Origin: a virus
Virus record (IMG/VR): IMGVR_UViG_3300018420_002445
Span: 5,974 to 69,973 of that record
DNA length: 64,000 bases
Reading direction: 5' to 3' (one strand)
The notes under the pieces: generated by a model
Seen by the model: the letters and a program-made list of their open reading frames with translations, nothing else
What the model was told of the DNA's origin: nothing
Databases searched by the model: none
Position numbers and translations under genes: made by a program
Part shown: in pieces, positions 63,643-64,000 of the stretch
How the letters are laid out: the number at the start of each line of letters is the position of its first letter
How positions within the stretch are numbered: the stretch's first letter is position 1

Positions 63643-64000
63643 TCAATTTAAAACATGTAACTCTCAGAAACTTTTTAAGTGTGGGGTCAGTTACACAAGC
63701 AATTGACTTGCAGAATGAAGAACTAACACTGATTTTAGGTGACAACTTAGACTTAGGTGGAGACGGTGCTAGAAATGGTACTGGTAAGACTACTATTATA
63801 CAAGCAATCAGTTATGCATTGTATGGTGTTCCACTTAACAATATCAAACAGAATAATTTAATCAATAGAACTAACGGCAAAGGCATGATGGTCACATTAG
63901 ACTTTGAAGCCAATGGCGTTGAGTATCGTATTGAACGTGGTCGTAAGCCTCACGGCATGAAGTTCTTTATTAACGGAACAGAAGAAGAAGACAACGAAGC
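63639..64000 (+). CDS. gp46: Recombination ATPase subunit (gp46/Rad50/SbcC-like), truncated by the window
   Basis: Manual translation MINLKHVTLRNFLSVG...LTLILGDNLDLGGDGARNGTGKTT (Walker A); ATGA overlap with gp47. Confidence 0.9.
   Translation, partial: MINLKHVTLRNFLSVGSVTQAIDLQNEELTLILGDNLDLGGDGARNGTGKTTIIQAISYALYGVPLNNIKQNNLINRTNGKGMMVTLDFEANGVEYRIERGRKPHGMKFFINGTEEEDNE

Noticed and set aside
1-64000. Stop-codon reassignment as seen in some large phages
   Set aside because: The standard code gives near-complete coding density, including a 19-kb ORF, and TAA, TAG and TGA all end genes.
1-64000. CRISPR arrays, tRNA/rRNA genes, introns, inteins, transposases, reverse transcriptase/DGR
   Set aside because: Intergenic gaps are under about 200 bp, with no repeat-spacer pattern or cloverleaf seen by eye, and no matching protein motifs were found. 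A covariance-model search was not run.

Overview
AT-rich, densely coding segment that looks like part of a large tailed dsDNA phage (distant T4-like or jumbo-type myovirus), read in the standard genetic code. The right end (+ strand) encodes a gp55-like late sigma factor and the gp47/gp46 (Mre11/Rad50-like) recombination nuclease. From about 61.4 kb to 27.9 kb (- strand) is a contractile-tail baseplate and fibre module: gp48/54-, gp53-, hub-, gp5-, gp25- and gp6-like genes, a 6430-aa repeat-rich wedge-type protein, and Ser/Thr-rich fibre proteins. Directly downstream, mostly on the same strand, is a cluster of at least 27 kb of biosynthetic tailoring genes: 3 GT-A-like transferases, 7 radical SAM enzymes (2 cobalamin-binding type), a GDP-mannose-epimerase-like SDR, 3 paralogues of a putative transferase family, 3 SGNH proteins, an amidinotransferase, a short DegT aminotransferase, 2OG-Fe(II) oxygenase domains, a PP-loop-like protein, an O-carbamoyltransferase and an outer-membrane beta-barrel. 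A TAAATA late-promoter-like box recurs upstream of both structural and enzyme genes. My best hypothesis is a phage-encoded pathway that builds a heavily modified glycan for the virion or host surface. All product calls come from motifs recognised by eye; no database searches were run.
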